A stretch of DNA of 64,000 nt from Vicinamibacterales bacterium. GTDB lineage: Bacteria; Acidobacteriota; Vicinamibacteria; Vicinamibacterales; UBA8438. Below, piece by piece: positions 9,304 through 18,478 of this stretch; the stretch's first letter is position 1; every line of letters begins with the position of its first letter. Below the pieces are notes generated by a model that saw nothing but the letters and a program-made list of their open reading frames with translations, had not been told where the DNA came from and made no database searches. A program made the translations under genes and the position numbers. The stretch covers positions 3,710,841-3,774,840 of the forward strand of contig CBDCTP010000003.1 of assembly GCA_965222265.1 (NCBI GenBank), written 5' to 3'.

Positions 9304-9432
9304 ATGGCCTCGACTCTCGGTGCGGACCGCGATGACAGCCGACGCGCTCGCGCTCTGGGCATCAACCGAACGACTCTGCACGGAAGCTGAAGAAGCATGG
9401 CCTCGTCGGATCTCGAACCCGAGGCTCCGAGC
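9304..9432 (+). pseudogene. Remnant of a Fis-type (HTH_8) DNA-binding domain, frameshifted
   Basis: AGGGAG Shine-Dalgarno then ATG 9304: MASTLGADRDDSRRARALGINRTTLHGS*. The motif continues in the +1 frame as RKLKKHGLV. Together this is the ...AA..LGI.R.TL..KLKK.GL signature of NtrC/Fis C-terminal HTHs, interrupted by a 1-nt frameshift near 9382-9388. Confidence 0.4.
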
Positions 9433-10640
9433 GGTGAGGATTCGCGGCACAGTGTCGAAGCGGGGATCTTTGAGGGCGGCTGGCTGGCGCATCTGCGGTG
9501 CTTTCTGACGACAGCGTGTTGAAGGGGGGCACGCGTCGGTCCAGCCGCCCGCCAGGAGCGACGCGACAGGGGACCGAAATGGCAACCAGGACAAGGAGCA
9601 CCCGTTGCAGTCGATGTCACCGCGCCGGGGCGAGAGGGAGAAACCGACCCGATGGCACGATGAGAGCGATGCCAAGGTTGAGGTGGACGGGTTGACCGCG
9701 GTTGTCGTCGCGCTCGCGATGTTCATTTTCGGGCTTGGCGTGGGGGTCGTGCTGGGATGCTGACCGACCGCGACATAGGCCTCCTGCTGGTCGAGATCAA
9801 GCGGCAGGTGGGAGAGGCTCACCTTTGATCAGCGGCTCCTGAGCATCGAGGAGCAGCTGCGGGCGCTCAACGGGCGCGCCCACTGTATCCCCCGAATTGC
9901 GCTGCCGGGCACTCCCAGTAGCCGTCGGTGAGTAGACGGGAGATCGCGTCGTAGGTGCCGACACGGAGGACCGGGACTCGGCCTCCGAGTCGAGCACAAT
10001 TGCAGGTGAGTCTCCAAAAAGTCGCTCTTAGATGCTAATAGATCGTTAAACAATAATGCTAGTATGCGAGAATGCGTGCGGGCGGGCAGTTGAACCTCGC
10101 TACGGCGGAGACTCAGTGTCGGCTGGCGGCGCTCGCGCGCATGACGAAGCAGGCGACCATTGAAGAGAGAGAGCCCGCCGTCGAGGCGGTCGCTCTATGA
10201 GGCGAGCATGTGAACCAGCGCCCGATGGTCCTCTATGGCCACGCCAAGGACCTCAGGCGTGTCGTGTTCGACCTGGACTTGTTCGAGCGGATCCTTGCGT
10301 TGAATGGTGAAGTGGTCGGCGACCCCGTCGAGTACGCCCCGGTCGGCATACTGTACGGCGGCCGACGGATGGTCCACGAATCGAGGCTCGGCCGCGTCGC
10401 CGAGCAACTGGCCCGTCGGCGCTGCTTATGCTGGCGTGCTGACGGCCTCCCGCGTCGAGACTCCTGCCGGTGAGCGTGTCACGCATCCCAGAAGCGGCAC
10501 TCTACCCGAGATTGGGGATCTGATCGTGAACGAACTTCCCTCGGTGGCCTTGACGCAGCGCTTCGTGGCTTTGTCCCAGGACTACGGTTCGGAGCTCCTA
10601 GCCTGGAAAATTCACCACGGCCCCGTCCGCGGTAGAGACA

Positions 10641-10704
10641 CAAGAGCCTCCGTGTGCTAAAACGCTGTTGCCCACAAACGTTTTTGGCACAACGGAGGCT
10701 CTTG
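10641..10704 (+). promoter_or_regulatory. Long hairpin sequestering the transposase Shine-Dalgarno
   Basis: CAAGAGCCTCCGTGTGC (10641-10657) pairs with GCACAACGGAGGCTCTTG (10687-10704), giving 17 bp with one bulged A. The 3' arm contains GGAGG, 7 nt upstream of the GTG start at 10706. An inner AAAACG/CGTTTT pairing extends the stem. Confidence 0.55.
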
Positions 10705-10705
10705 C

Positions 10706-12088
10706 GTGACGAACGCCACGATACCACAGACTGTTCGGTTCCCGGATCTGTTCGACAAGCCGCTCGTGGCCACCTTCGACCGCGAGCAGGCGAGTTCGGA
10801 TGGCGGGGCCGTGTTGCTCAAGGCGGCCGAGCGGGTGTATGGCTTGGTCAAGGCGTTCGCCCGCTGTCTGGTGGATGAACGCGCGCCGGAGAAGATTCGG
10901 CACACGCTCGAGGACCTGGTCGGCCAGCGGGTCTTCGGGATTGCCTGCGGCCATCCCGACGGCAATGATGCCGACCATCTCGCCGACGATCCGATCCACA
11001 AGCTGCTGCTGGGACGCGACCCGGTGGCCGGGCGGCGGCTGGCGTCGCAACCGACGATCTCGCGGTTTGAGAACGACGCGGGCCGCTCGGCCCTCTATCG
11101 GATGGGGCGTGAGTTGGCGGCGAGCGTCATCGAGCGGCATCGGCGCCGACTGGGCGGGCGGGCGCGACGCATCACGATCGATCTGGACCCGACCGACGAC
11201 CGGACGCATGGCGCGCAGCAGTTGACGTTTTTCAACAGCTACTACGACAGCTGGTGTTACCTCCCGTTGCTGGCCTTCGTGCGCTTCGACCGCGAGGTCG
11301 AGCAGTATCTGTGCGCCGCTGTGCTGCGGCCGGGCAAGGCGGTGGCTGCCGACGGGACGCTGGGGGTGTTGTCTCGGTTGCTCCCGCTACTGCGCTGCGC
11401 GTTTCCGCGGGCGCGCTTGCTCGTCCGGCTCGACGGGGGCTTTGCCACCCCGGAAATCTTCGACTTTCTCGACGCCGAGCCGCGGCTCGACTACGTCGTG
11501 GCGATGGCCAAGAACGCCGTCCTGCTGCGGCACGCCGCGTCCGCCCTGGTCGAGGCGCGGGCCAAGAGCGCGCACGACGACCAGACGGCGCACGTCTACA
11601 CCGACACCCGTTGCTATCGAGCGGGCACGTGGGACCATGAGCGCCGTGTCGTGATCAAAGCCGAAGTCGTGCGGCTCGCCGGCCGCGAGCCGCGCGACAA
11701 TCCGCGCTTCGTCGTCACCAATCTGCGCCAGACGCCGCGCTTTATCTACGAGAAGATCTACTGTGCCCGCGGCGATATCGAGAACCGCATCAAGGAGTTG
11801 CTCGACGGCCTGCAGATCGACCGTACGAGCTGCTGCAAGTTCTGGGCGAACCAGTTGCGCGTCTTCCTGACGGCCGCCGCCTACGTGCTCATGCAGGAAC
11901 TCCGCTTGCGCGCCGCACGCACCGCCTGCGCCCGCACGCAGGTGACGTGGCTGCGCGACCGGCTGCTCAAACTCGGCGTTGACGTCCGCCGCTCTGTCCG
12001 CCGCCTCGTCCTGCATCTGCCGCGGGCGACGCCATACCTCGATGCTTGGCGCCACATCGCCCTCGCCCTTGGCGCGCGCGCCGGGTAG
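10706..12088 (+). CDS. IS1380-family DDE transposase
   Basis: 460 aa. The N-terminal FDREQASSDGGAVLLKAAERVYGL..., HTLEDLVGQRVFGIACGHPDGNDADHL and SQPTISRFEN, and the C-terminal CARGDIENRIKELLDGLQIDRTSCCKFWANQLRVFL, are characteristic of IS1380 transposases. Confidence 0.9.
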   Translation: MTNATIPQTVRFPDLFDKPLVATFDREQASSDGGAVLLKAAERVYGLVKAFARCLVDERAPEKIRHTLEDLVGQRVFGIACGHPDGNDADHLADDPIHKLLLGRDPVAGRRLASQPTISRFENDAGRSALYRMGRELAASVIERHRRRLGGRARRITIDLDPTDDRTHGAQQLTFFNSYYDSWCYLPLLAFVRFDREVEQYLCAAVLRPGKAVAADGTLGVLSRLLPLLRCAFPRARLLVRLDGGFATPEIFDFLDAEPRLDYVVAMAKNAVLLRHAASALVEARAKSAHDDQTAHVYTDTRCYRAGTWDHERRVVIKAEVVRLAGREPRDNPRFVVTNLRQTPRFIYEKIYCARGDIENRIKELLDGLQIDRTSCCKFWANQLRVFLTAAAYVLMQELRLRAARTACARTQVTWLRDRLLKLGVDVRRSVRRLVLHLPRATPYLDAWRHIALALGARAG

Positions 12089-12377
12089 CCTGTTCTCCTG
12101 CCGTCTGCCAGCCAAATCCCACAGCCGCTCTCACGCGCCCCAGCCGGCGGCGCTGTCGTTGCCGCGCGCTTCGGGCACGCCGTCACCCTGCCACGGCGGC
12201 TCAACCACGCCGCAACCTGCCGCCGACACAGTCCGCAGGCTGCGCTCGTCCGACAATCAGACCCCACCCGTGACCGATTCGACAGCCTCAGGAATAATGC
12301 AGGCTAGCGGTCCGGATGGTCGCCGGCGGCCGTAGCGCCGGCGTGTCGGGTCTGCCTACAAGTGACGACTGGACGGC

Positions 12378-13391
12378 GTGGGATGCCGACGAGATGCGGG
12401 CGGCGGTCGACTACCTCGAGCGCCAGCGAGTTGTCCGGAAAACCTACTCATGAGGCGCGACCGACAGGCGCCCGACCCGCCGGCCGTGGCGCGGCGGGGC
12501 GCAGCACCCGCCGCGGCTAGCCCGACCTGGCGCGCGGCCCCCGTGTCGGCGCGCGAGCAGACGCGGATCCCCTGGGCGGTCGCTGGCGCCCGCGCGGCAA
12601 ACACCCGCCGCACGTATGCGGGACAATGGGTACGCTTCGAGTCCTGGTGCCGAACCCGCGGGACCGTGCCGCTGCCCGCCGCGCCCCTCATCGTCGCCGC
12701 CTATCTGGCCGAGCGCGCCGACACAACCAAGACCGCGACCGTCCGCGTGGTCGCCGCCGCCATCGGGTCAGCGCACCGCGCCTGCGGCCTGGCCGATCCG
12801 ACGGCTGCGGCGAGCGTGCGCGCCGTCGTCGCCGGCATCCCCGGGCAGCACGCCTCGCGCCCGGACGCTGCGCCGCGCCAAGCCGCGCCGCTCTCGCTAG
12901 AGAGCGCCGTCAGGCTGCTGGCGCTGGCCCCCCGACCCCGACGCACAGGCCGCGGCCTCGAATCGCCCCGAGTGGCCGCTGCCCGCGGCCTGGAGGATGG
13001 CGCAATCGTCAGTCTCGCCTTCTGCGCCGGCCTGCGCCGCTCGGAGATCGCCGCGCTCCACTGGCCGGACGTTGCCGACACGGACCGGCGGGGGCAATTG
13101 CGGGTTCGCGTCCGCGCCTCGAGAACCAACCCGAAGGCCGTCCGCGAGGACTACCGGCTGCTCGTTGGCGGATTCGCCGGGGCCGTCGACGCCCTGCGCG
13201 GCGCGCGGGCACCGGCCGCCGCCGACCGCGTGATTCCGCTCTCCGCCGGCCAGATCAACCGGCGCCTCCAGACCCTCGCCGAGCTGGCCGGCCTCAGTGG
13301 CGTCTCGTCGGACTCCGTGCGCCGCGGCTTGGCCGCCAAGCTCGTCCGCCACGGTGCCTCGACCGCGGCCATCCAGCAGGCCGGCGGCTAG
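12378..13391 (+). pseudogene. Cre-like tyrosine recombinase/integrase, catalytically decayed
   Basis: Has an N-terminal SAM-like domain (TRRTYAGQWVRFESWC) and box I (FCAGLRRSEIAALHWPDV). Box II reads SSDSVRRGLAAKLVRHGASTAAIQQAGG*. His is replaced by Asp, and a TAG stop at 13389-13391 sits where the conserved Trp (TGG) of ...AGGW is expected. The in-frame continuation QSLRLVVARAT lacks the catalytic Tyr (ARYT becomes ARAT). Confidence 0.7.
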
Positions 13392-13525
13392 CAGAGTTTG
13401 CGGCTGGTTGTCGCCCGCGCCACCGCCGCAGCATTGGTTCCATCTCGACCATGCTGCAGCTCAGGAGGTAGATGCCGGTCACCGCGCCGACCGGCGCGGC
13501 GGGCCTTGCACCGTAGCGGTTTCGG

Positions 13526-15238
13526 CTACAACGCCGGCAGGGTGAAGACGAACAGCGCATTGGGCGCGCCCGGCGCCCGTCCGCCGCCCACCGGAATGGC
13601 CAGGTACTGCTTGCCGTGCACCGCGTACGTCATCGGATAGCCCTGGACAGGCGAGGGCAGGCGCGTCCGGTACAGGACCTGCCCGGTCTCCACATCGTGC
13701 AGGAACAGGTGCCGATCGGTGTCGCCACTGACCACCAGCCCGCCGCCGGTGGTCAGCGCCGCCGCCAGGGGGCGCGTGGTCGTGCGGTGCCGCCACAGGA
13801 TTTCTCCCGTGTCGATGTCCATGGCGATGAGCTGGCCGGCGTGCTCCGGGCTCAGCGGATGCGGGTTGCTGCCGGTGGTGCGCCATCCCGTCCAGGCCGG
13901 ATTGAAATAGAAGTAGAGGTCGCCCTCCGGGTGCGCCGTGCGCTCGACCTCGGAGAAGATGCCTCGGGTGCAGCTGGGCGTGATGGGGATGTAGAGCGCC
14001 CTCGTCTCCGGATGGTAGGCCGTGGCCATCACGTTCCGGATGCCCCGGAAGTCCGGGCAGAACTCGAGCTCCACGCCCGCCTCCGGGATCATGCCCGGGA
14101 GGTAGGACACGGCGCCTGTCTGCCGGTCGAGCGACACGAGCGTCTGGAAGCCGAGGTCATGGGCGTCGATGAACTCGCCGGTCGCCGCGTCGAGCTCCCA
14201 CAGGATCCCGAGCTTGCCCATCTTGAAGACCGAGCGCCGCCCGCCATTGTCGATCAGGACGCTCTCGAACACTTCGTCCAGGTCGTGCGATTCACCGGGC
14301 ACGAACTGGTGGTACCAGCGCAGGTCGCCGTCGGCGGGCTCGATCGCCAGCACGCTGTTCGTATACAACGCGTCGCCGTCCGTGCCGCGCGATACCCGCG
14401 CCCAGGGCTTCGCCTGCGCGGTGGACCAGTACATCAGGCCCGTCGTCGCGTCGAAGCTGCCGGGGATCCAGGCGTCCCCGCCGGCCCGGAACAGCAGGGG
14501 CAGGTCGCCCCAGGTATCACCTCCGGGCGCGCCGGGCCCCGCGATGGTCGAGGTGCGCCACAGCTCGCGCCCGGTGTCGGGATCGTGGCCGGAGATGAAG
14601 CACACCTCGTTCTTGTAGCGCTCGCAGCCGGTGATGCCGGCGACGATCCTGCCGTCCGCCACGATGGCGCCGCTCGTGTAGCGGTAGCCGAGCCGGTGGT
14701 CGGCCACCACGTGGTCCCACACGACCTCGCCCGTCCGCGCGTCGAGGGCGAGCAGGTGCGCATCGGCCGTGGTGACGTAGATGTTGCTGCCGTAGATGGC
14801 CAGCGAGCGCATCCGGTTGCGGAAGTTCTCGTCCGGCGTGTTCTCGAAGATCTTGCGGTACTCCCAGATCCGGTCGCCGCTCACGGCATCGAGGGCCTGG
14901 ACGTAGCCGTCGGGGTTCGGCAGGTACATGATCCCGTCGTAGACCAGCGGCGTCGGCTGGCTGAGCCCGGGCCGCATCTGCCACGACCAGGCGAGCTGGA
15001 GCTGGTGGACGTTGTCCCGGTTGATCTGGTCGAGCGGGCTGTAGCCCCAGCCATCGAGCGTCCGCCGCCAGTGCAGCCAGTCGGACGGGTCGGGGTTCTC
15101 GAGGACGGCGTCGGTGAGCGGCTCGAACGCCTGCGCCCGCGCCTCCGCGTCGGACGCCTCCTGGATCTGCGCCCGCGCCGACGCCGCGAGTCCGATGCCG
15201 ACCGCCAGCACGCCGCACGCGACCAGATGCCGTTTCAT
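13526..15238 (-). CDS. PQQ-dependent dehydrogenase, methanol/ethanol family, divergent; secreted
   Basis: 570 aa with a signal peptide (VACGVLAVGIGLAASARAQ). Contains DWLHWRRTLDGWGYSPL, ALDARTGEVVWD and HDLDEV (Asp319/Asp321 at nt 14284-14276). The propeller repeats align with the 3772..5508 paralogue. Confidence 0.88.
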   Translation of the reverse strand: MKRHLVACGVLAVGIGLAASARAQIQEASDAEARAQAFEPLTDAVLENPDPSDWLHWRRTLDGWGYSPLDQINRDNVHQLQLAWSWQMRPGLSQPTPLVYDGIMYLPNPDGYVQALDAVSGDRIWEYRKIFENTPDENFRNRMRSLAIYGSNIYVTTADAHLLALDARTGEVVWDHVVADHRLGYRYTSGAIVADGRIVAGITGCERYKNEVCFISGHDPDTGRELWRTSTIAGPGAPGGDTWGDLPLLFRAGGDAWIPGSFDATTGLMYWSTAQAKPWARVSRGTDGDALYTNSVLAIEPADGDLRWYHQFVPGESHDLDEVFESVLIDNGGRRSVFKMGKLGILWELDAATGEFIDAHDLGFQTLVSLDRQTGAVSYLPGMIPEAGVELEFCPDFRGIRNVMATAYHPETRALYIPITPSCTRGIFSEVERTAHPEGDLYFYFNPAWTGWRTTGSNPHPLSPEHAGQLIAMDIDTGEILWRHRTTTRPLAAALTTGGGLVVSGDTDRHLFLHDVETGQVLYRTRLPSPVQGYPMTYAVHGKQYLAIPVGGGRAPGAPNALFVFTLPAL

Positions 15239-15338
15239 CGTGGACCCTCCTCCCGACCGGTTCCGGGTGCGTCCGCCGGTTCCCGCCGGCGATTATCAGC
15301 CACGCGGACGGCGGGGCGCAACCGGCGCGAGCGCCGTC

Positions 15339-15367
15339 TTGACCGGGGTATCGTCGTGATATACAGT
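15339..15367 (+). promoter_or_regulatory. Candidate sigma70-type promoter for the 15439.. operon
   Basis: TTGACC (15339-15344), 17-nt spacer, TACAGT (15362-15367). A GAGGAGG Shine-Dalgarno lies 8 nt before ATG 15439. Confidence 0.4.
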
Positions 15368-15438
15368 CGGCGGTCCAAGCCCGGGCGTACCACGCAAGTA
15401 GATCACGGCTGCTGTCATACGCGAGGAGGCAGGCACGG

Positions 15439-15969
15439 ATGTCGTTACGCAGCGTGTTCGAGTGGCTGGAAGCGATGCCGATGAGCACGGCATTGCGCGA
15501 GTCGATCTTCGGCTATCCGATTCTGCTGACGTCGCACGTGGTGAGCATGTGCGTGATTGCGGGTCTGCTGGTGATGATGGACCTGCGGCTGACGGGGGCG
15601 GGGAATGTGCGCACGCCGGTGTCGCACATTCAGAACCGGCTGTTCAAGTGGCAGATGCTGGGTCTGGCGATGTCGGTGGTCAGCGGGGGGCTGTTGTTCT
15701 ACGGGCAGCCGATGCGCTTCTACGGCAACTTCTGGTTCTGGATGAAGAACCTGCTGTTGCTGGCGGCGCTGGCCAACGCGATGATTTTCCACTGGACGAT
15801 CTACCGCTCGGTGGACAAGTGGGACAACGACGTGCTGCCGCCGGTGTCGGCGCGGGTGGCCGGCGCGTTGGGTCTGGTGCTGTGGGCGGCGGTCATCGTG
15901 ACGGGTCGGATGATTGCCTACAGCGGTCTGGTTCCGCAGTGGTGGCTGGACCTGGGGCTGACACCGTAG
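15439..15969 (+). CDS. Integral membrane protein (about 4 TM), paralogue 1 of a tandem pair
   Basis: 176 aa with hydrophobic helices. The N-terminal motif FEWLEAMPMSTALRESIFGYPILLTSHVVSMCVIAGLLVMMDLRLTG is shared with the next gene. I do not recognise a characterised family. Confidence 0.75.
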   Translation: MSLRSVFEWLEAMPMSTALRESIFGYPILLTSHVVSMCVIAGLLVMMDLRLTGAGNVRTPVSHIQNRLFKWQMLGLAMSVVSGGLLFYGQPMRFYGNFWFWMKNLLLLAALANAMIFHWTIYRSVDKWDNDVLPPVSARVAGALGLVLWAAVIVTGRMIAYSGLVPQWWLDLGLTP

Positions 15970-15987
15970 GCTGCGAGGGCAAGGGCG

Positions 15988-16461
15988 ATGGTCCTGGAAT
16001 TTTTCGAGTGGATAGAAGGCAGCGCGCTGAGCCTGACGTTTCAGTCGGCGGTCTGGTACAGCCCCATCATTCAGGTGATGCACCTGGTGGCGGTGGCCTT
16101 CTTCTCGGGGGCCTTGCTGGTGGTGGACCTGCGGCTGTTGGGCGTGGGTCTGACGGCGCAGCCGTTGCGGCAGGTGGCCGAGGACGCGCAGCCCTGGCTG
16201 GTGGGGGCGCTGGTGGCGCTGGCCATCACGGGCACGCCGACGATGGCCTCGACGTCGATCAAGCAGTACTACAGCCCGTTCTGGTGGTGGAAGATGGAGA
16301 TGCTGCTGTTGGGCATCATCTTCATCTTCACGGTGCGGCGCAAGGTGATCGATGCCGACGAAGGGTCGCTCGGCCCCGTCTGGCCGAAGGTCGTCGCGCT
16401 GACCTCGATGGGCCTGTTCCTCGGCGTCACCATCGGCGCCCGACTCATCGGACTGTCCTAG
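15988..16461 (+). CDS. Integral membrane protein (about 4 TM), paralogue 2 of a tandem pair
   Basis: 157 aa. FEWIEGSALSLTFQSAVWYSPIIQVMHLVAVAFFSGALLVVDLRLLG aligns with the preceding gene, with a conserved His in TM1 and a DLRL motif. Confidence 0.75.
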   Translation: MVLEFFEWIEGSALSLTFQSAVWYSPIIQVMHLVAVAFFSGALLVVDLRLLGVGLTAQPLRQVAEDAQPWLVGALVALAITGTPTMASTSIKQYYSPFWWWKMEMLLLGIIFIFTVRRKVIDADEGSLGPVWPKVVALTSMGLFLGVTIGARLIGLS

Positions 16462-16476
16462 GAGGCCGTGGTACCC

Positions 16477-17715
16477 ATGAGCACAACGCGGAGCATCGTG
16501 TGCACCGGGTTGGTGGCAACGCTCGTGCTTCCGGCGTTCGCGCCGGCCGCCGCGGCGCAGGAGTGGACGCAGTGGCGCGGACCGAACCGCGACGGCGTCG
16601 CCGCGGCGTTCGACGTTCCCGCGCCCTGGCCCGACCGGTTGCGCCAACGCTGGGCCGTCGAGGTCGGTTCGGGCTACGCCACGCCGCTGCTGATCGGCGA
16701 GCGCCTGTACCTGTACGTCCGGCAGGCGGAGGACGAGGTGCTGCTGGCGCTCGACCCGGCGACGGGCGAGACGATCTGGCGTTCGGCCTATCCGGCGCCG
16801 TTCGCGATGAATCCGGCCACGAATCCGCACGGACCGGGGCCCAAGTCGACGCCGGCCTACGCGGCCGGCCGGCTGTTCACCCTCGGCATGAGCGGCATCG
16901 TGAGCGCGTTCGACGCGGACGACGGCGCGCTGCTGTGGCAGGTGCCCGGAGACGCAGTCGAGCCGTTCTATCATACGGCGATGTCCCCCGTGGTCGAAGG
17001 CGATCTCGTGATCTTCCATGTCGGCGGACATGACGACGGCGCGCTGACCGCCTTCGACACGGCAACCGGGGACGTTCGCTGGAGCTGGGACGGCGACGGG
17101 CCGTCGTACGGCTCGCCGCTGGTGCTCGACATCGAGGGGGTCCGCCAGGTCGTCACCTACACGCAGGACAACCTGGTCGGCGTCGCGGTGCGGACCGGCG
17201 AGCTGCTGTGGAGCCGGCCGTTCACGACGGCCTACACGACCAACTCGCAGACGCCCATATGGCATGGGGACAGGCTGATCGAGTCGGGCCAGGGGAACGG
17301 CGTCACCGCCTTCCGGGTGTTGCGCGAGGGCGACGCCTGGACGACCGACGACGTCTGGCACGCCAGCGAGGTGGCCCTGGACATGACGAACGGCGTCGTC
17401 GCGGACGGGGTGCTGTTCGGGCTCTCGCACCTCAACAGCGGCCAGTACTTCGCGCTCGATCTGGACACCGGCGAGGTCTTGTGGACCGGCAATCCGCGGC
17501 AGGCGGAGAACGCCGCGATCCTGCGCTCGGACCGGACGCTGCTGTCGCTGCAGGACGACGCGGAGCTGCTCGTGCTCAACGCTACCCGGACGGGCCTCGA
17601 GGTGGTGGAGCGGTACGACGTCGCCGACAGCGCGACGTGGACGCAACCAACGCTCGCCGGCAACCGGCTGTTCGTCAAGGATGTCTCGACGCTGACCCTG
17701 TGGACGCTCGACTGA
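16477..17715 (+). CDS. PQQ-like beta-propeller repeat protein (BamB/PQQ_2-type), secreted
   Basis: Track ORF starts at GTG 16468. ATG 16477 has better spacing to GGAGG (16461-16465). Signal peptide LVLPAFAPAAAAQ, then WTQWRGPNRDG and repeated ...A.D..TGE.LW... blades. Confidence 0.85.
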   Translation: MSTTRSIVCTGLVATLVLPAFAPAAAAQEWTQWRGPNRDGVAAAFDVPAPWPDRLRQRWAVEVGSGYATPLLIGERLYLYVRQAEDEVLLALDPATGETIWRSAYPAPFAMNPATNPHGPGPKSTPAYAAGRLFTLGMSGIVSAFDADDGALLWQVPGDAVEPFYHTAMSPVVEGDLVIFHVGGHDDGALTAFDTATGDVRWSWDGDGPSYGSPLVLDIEGVRQVVTYTQDNLVGVAVRTGELLWSRPFTTAYTTNSQTPIWHGDRLIESGQGNGVTAFRVLREGDAWTTDDVWHASEVALDMTNGVVADGVLFGLSHLNSGQYFALDLDTGEVLWTGNPRQAENAAILRSDRTLLSLQDDAELLVLNATRTGLEVVERYDVADSATWTQPTLAGNRLFVKDVSTLTLWTLD

Positions 17716-17748
17716 GCGGCCGCCGCCGGTGGGAAGGATGGAAGGAAC

Positions 17749-18405
17749 GTGGCATTGAGGATCAACGACGAAGCGCCCAACTTCGAGGCCGAGACGACCC
17801 AGGGGCCGATCGACTTCCACGAGTGGATCGGCGACGGGTGGGCCATCCTGTTCTCGCATCCGAAGGACTTCACGCCGGTCTGCACGACCGAGCTCGGCTA
17901 CATGGCCGGCCTCAAGCCCGAGTTCGACAAGCGCAACTGCAAGATCCTCGGCATCAGCGTCGACGGCGTGAGCAATCACGAGCGGTGGTCGCGGGACATC
18001 GAGGCGTCGCAGGGCCACCGGGTCACCTATCCGCTGATCGGGGATCCCCGGCTCGAGATCGTCAAGCTGTACGACATGCTGCCGGCCGAGGCAGGCGACA
18101 CGTCCGAGGGGCGCACGCCGGTCGACAACGCGACCGCGCGGTCGGTCTTCGTCATCGGCCCCGACAAGAAGATCAAGGCGACGCTGACCTATCCCATGAG
18201 CACCGGCCGGAACTTCGACGAGGTGCTGCGGCTGCTCGATTCCTGCCAGTTGACGGCCGGCAAGAAGGTGGCGACCCCGGTCAACTGGCAGCAGGGTGAC
18301 GACGTCATCATCCTGCCGGCGGTGTCGGACGACGAAGCCCGGCAGAAATACCCCGATGGGTGGCGCTCGCCGCTGCCGTACATCCGCATCGTCCCCCAGC
18401 CCTGA
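17749..18405 (+). CDS. 1-Cys peroxiredoxin (Prx6 subfamily)
   Basis: 218 aa. (M)ALRINDEAPNFEAETTQGPIDFHEWIGDGWAILFSHPKDFTPVCTTELG contains the peroxidatic Cys motif PVCTTE. The C-terminal ...NWQQGDDVIILP... is typical. Confidence 0.92.
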   Translation: MALRINDEAPNFEAETTQGPIDFHEWIGDGWAILFSHPKDFTPVCTTELGYMAGLKPEFDKRNCKILGISVDGVSNHERWSRDIEASQGHRVTYPLIGDPRLEIVKLYDMLPAEAGDTSEGRTPVDNATARSVFVIGPDKKIKATLTYPMSTGRNFDEVLRLLDSCQLTAGKKVATPVNWQQGDDVIILPAVSDDEARQKYPDGWRSPLPYIRIVPQP

Positions 18406-18478
18406 CGGGCCGCGCGGCGTTCTGCCCGCCGCCGGCAGCCCGCGGAGCCGATTGCGCTCGCGCTGCGCGGCCGGACAC

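Larger units (their letters stand above)
10597..12308 (+). mobile_element. IS1380-family insertion sequence (about 1.7 kb)
   Basis: A single DDE transposase ORF flanked by imperfect inverted repeats: CCTAGCCTGGAAAATTC (10597-10613) and GAATAATGCAGGCTAGC (12292-12308), 13/17 matched. They begin CCTAG/GCTAG like ISEcp1-type IS1380 ends. No matching direct repeat is seen in the flanks (GAGCT vs GGTCC). Confidence 0.6.

Noticed and set aside
9395-9430. tRNA-like T-arm (minus strand TCGGG-TTCGAGA-TCCGA) that could mark a tRNA fragment or att site near the island
   Set aside because: No matching acceptor stem, anticodon arm or D-arm could be assembled from the flanking sequence. The same bases read well as the KLKKHGLV part of a Fis-type HTH remnant.
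9600-10600. Short ORFs in the island (for example 10210..10473 +, 10195..10407 -, 10071..10199 small ORF, overlapping mini-ORFs around 9640-9850)
   Set aside because: They are mutually overlapping and frame-interrupted, and no family is recognisable by eye. They are more likely gene debris than functional genes. A blastx search would be needed to say more.
10592-12313. Target-site duplication flanking the IS1380 element
   Set aside because: The 4-5 nt on either side (GAGCT / GGTCC) do not match, so no direct repeat can be claimed. The element boundaries rest on the 13/17 inverted repeats only.
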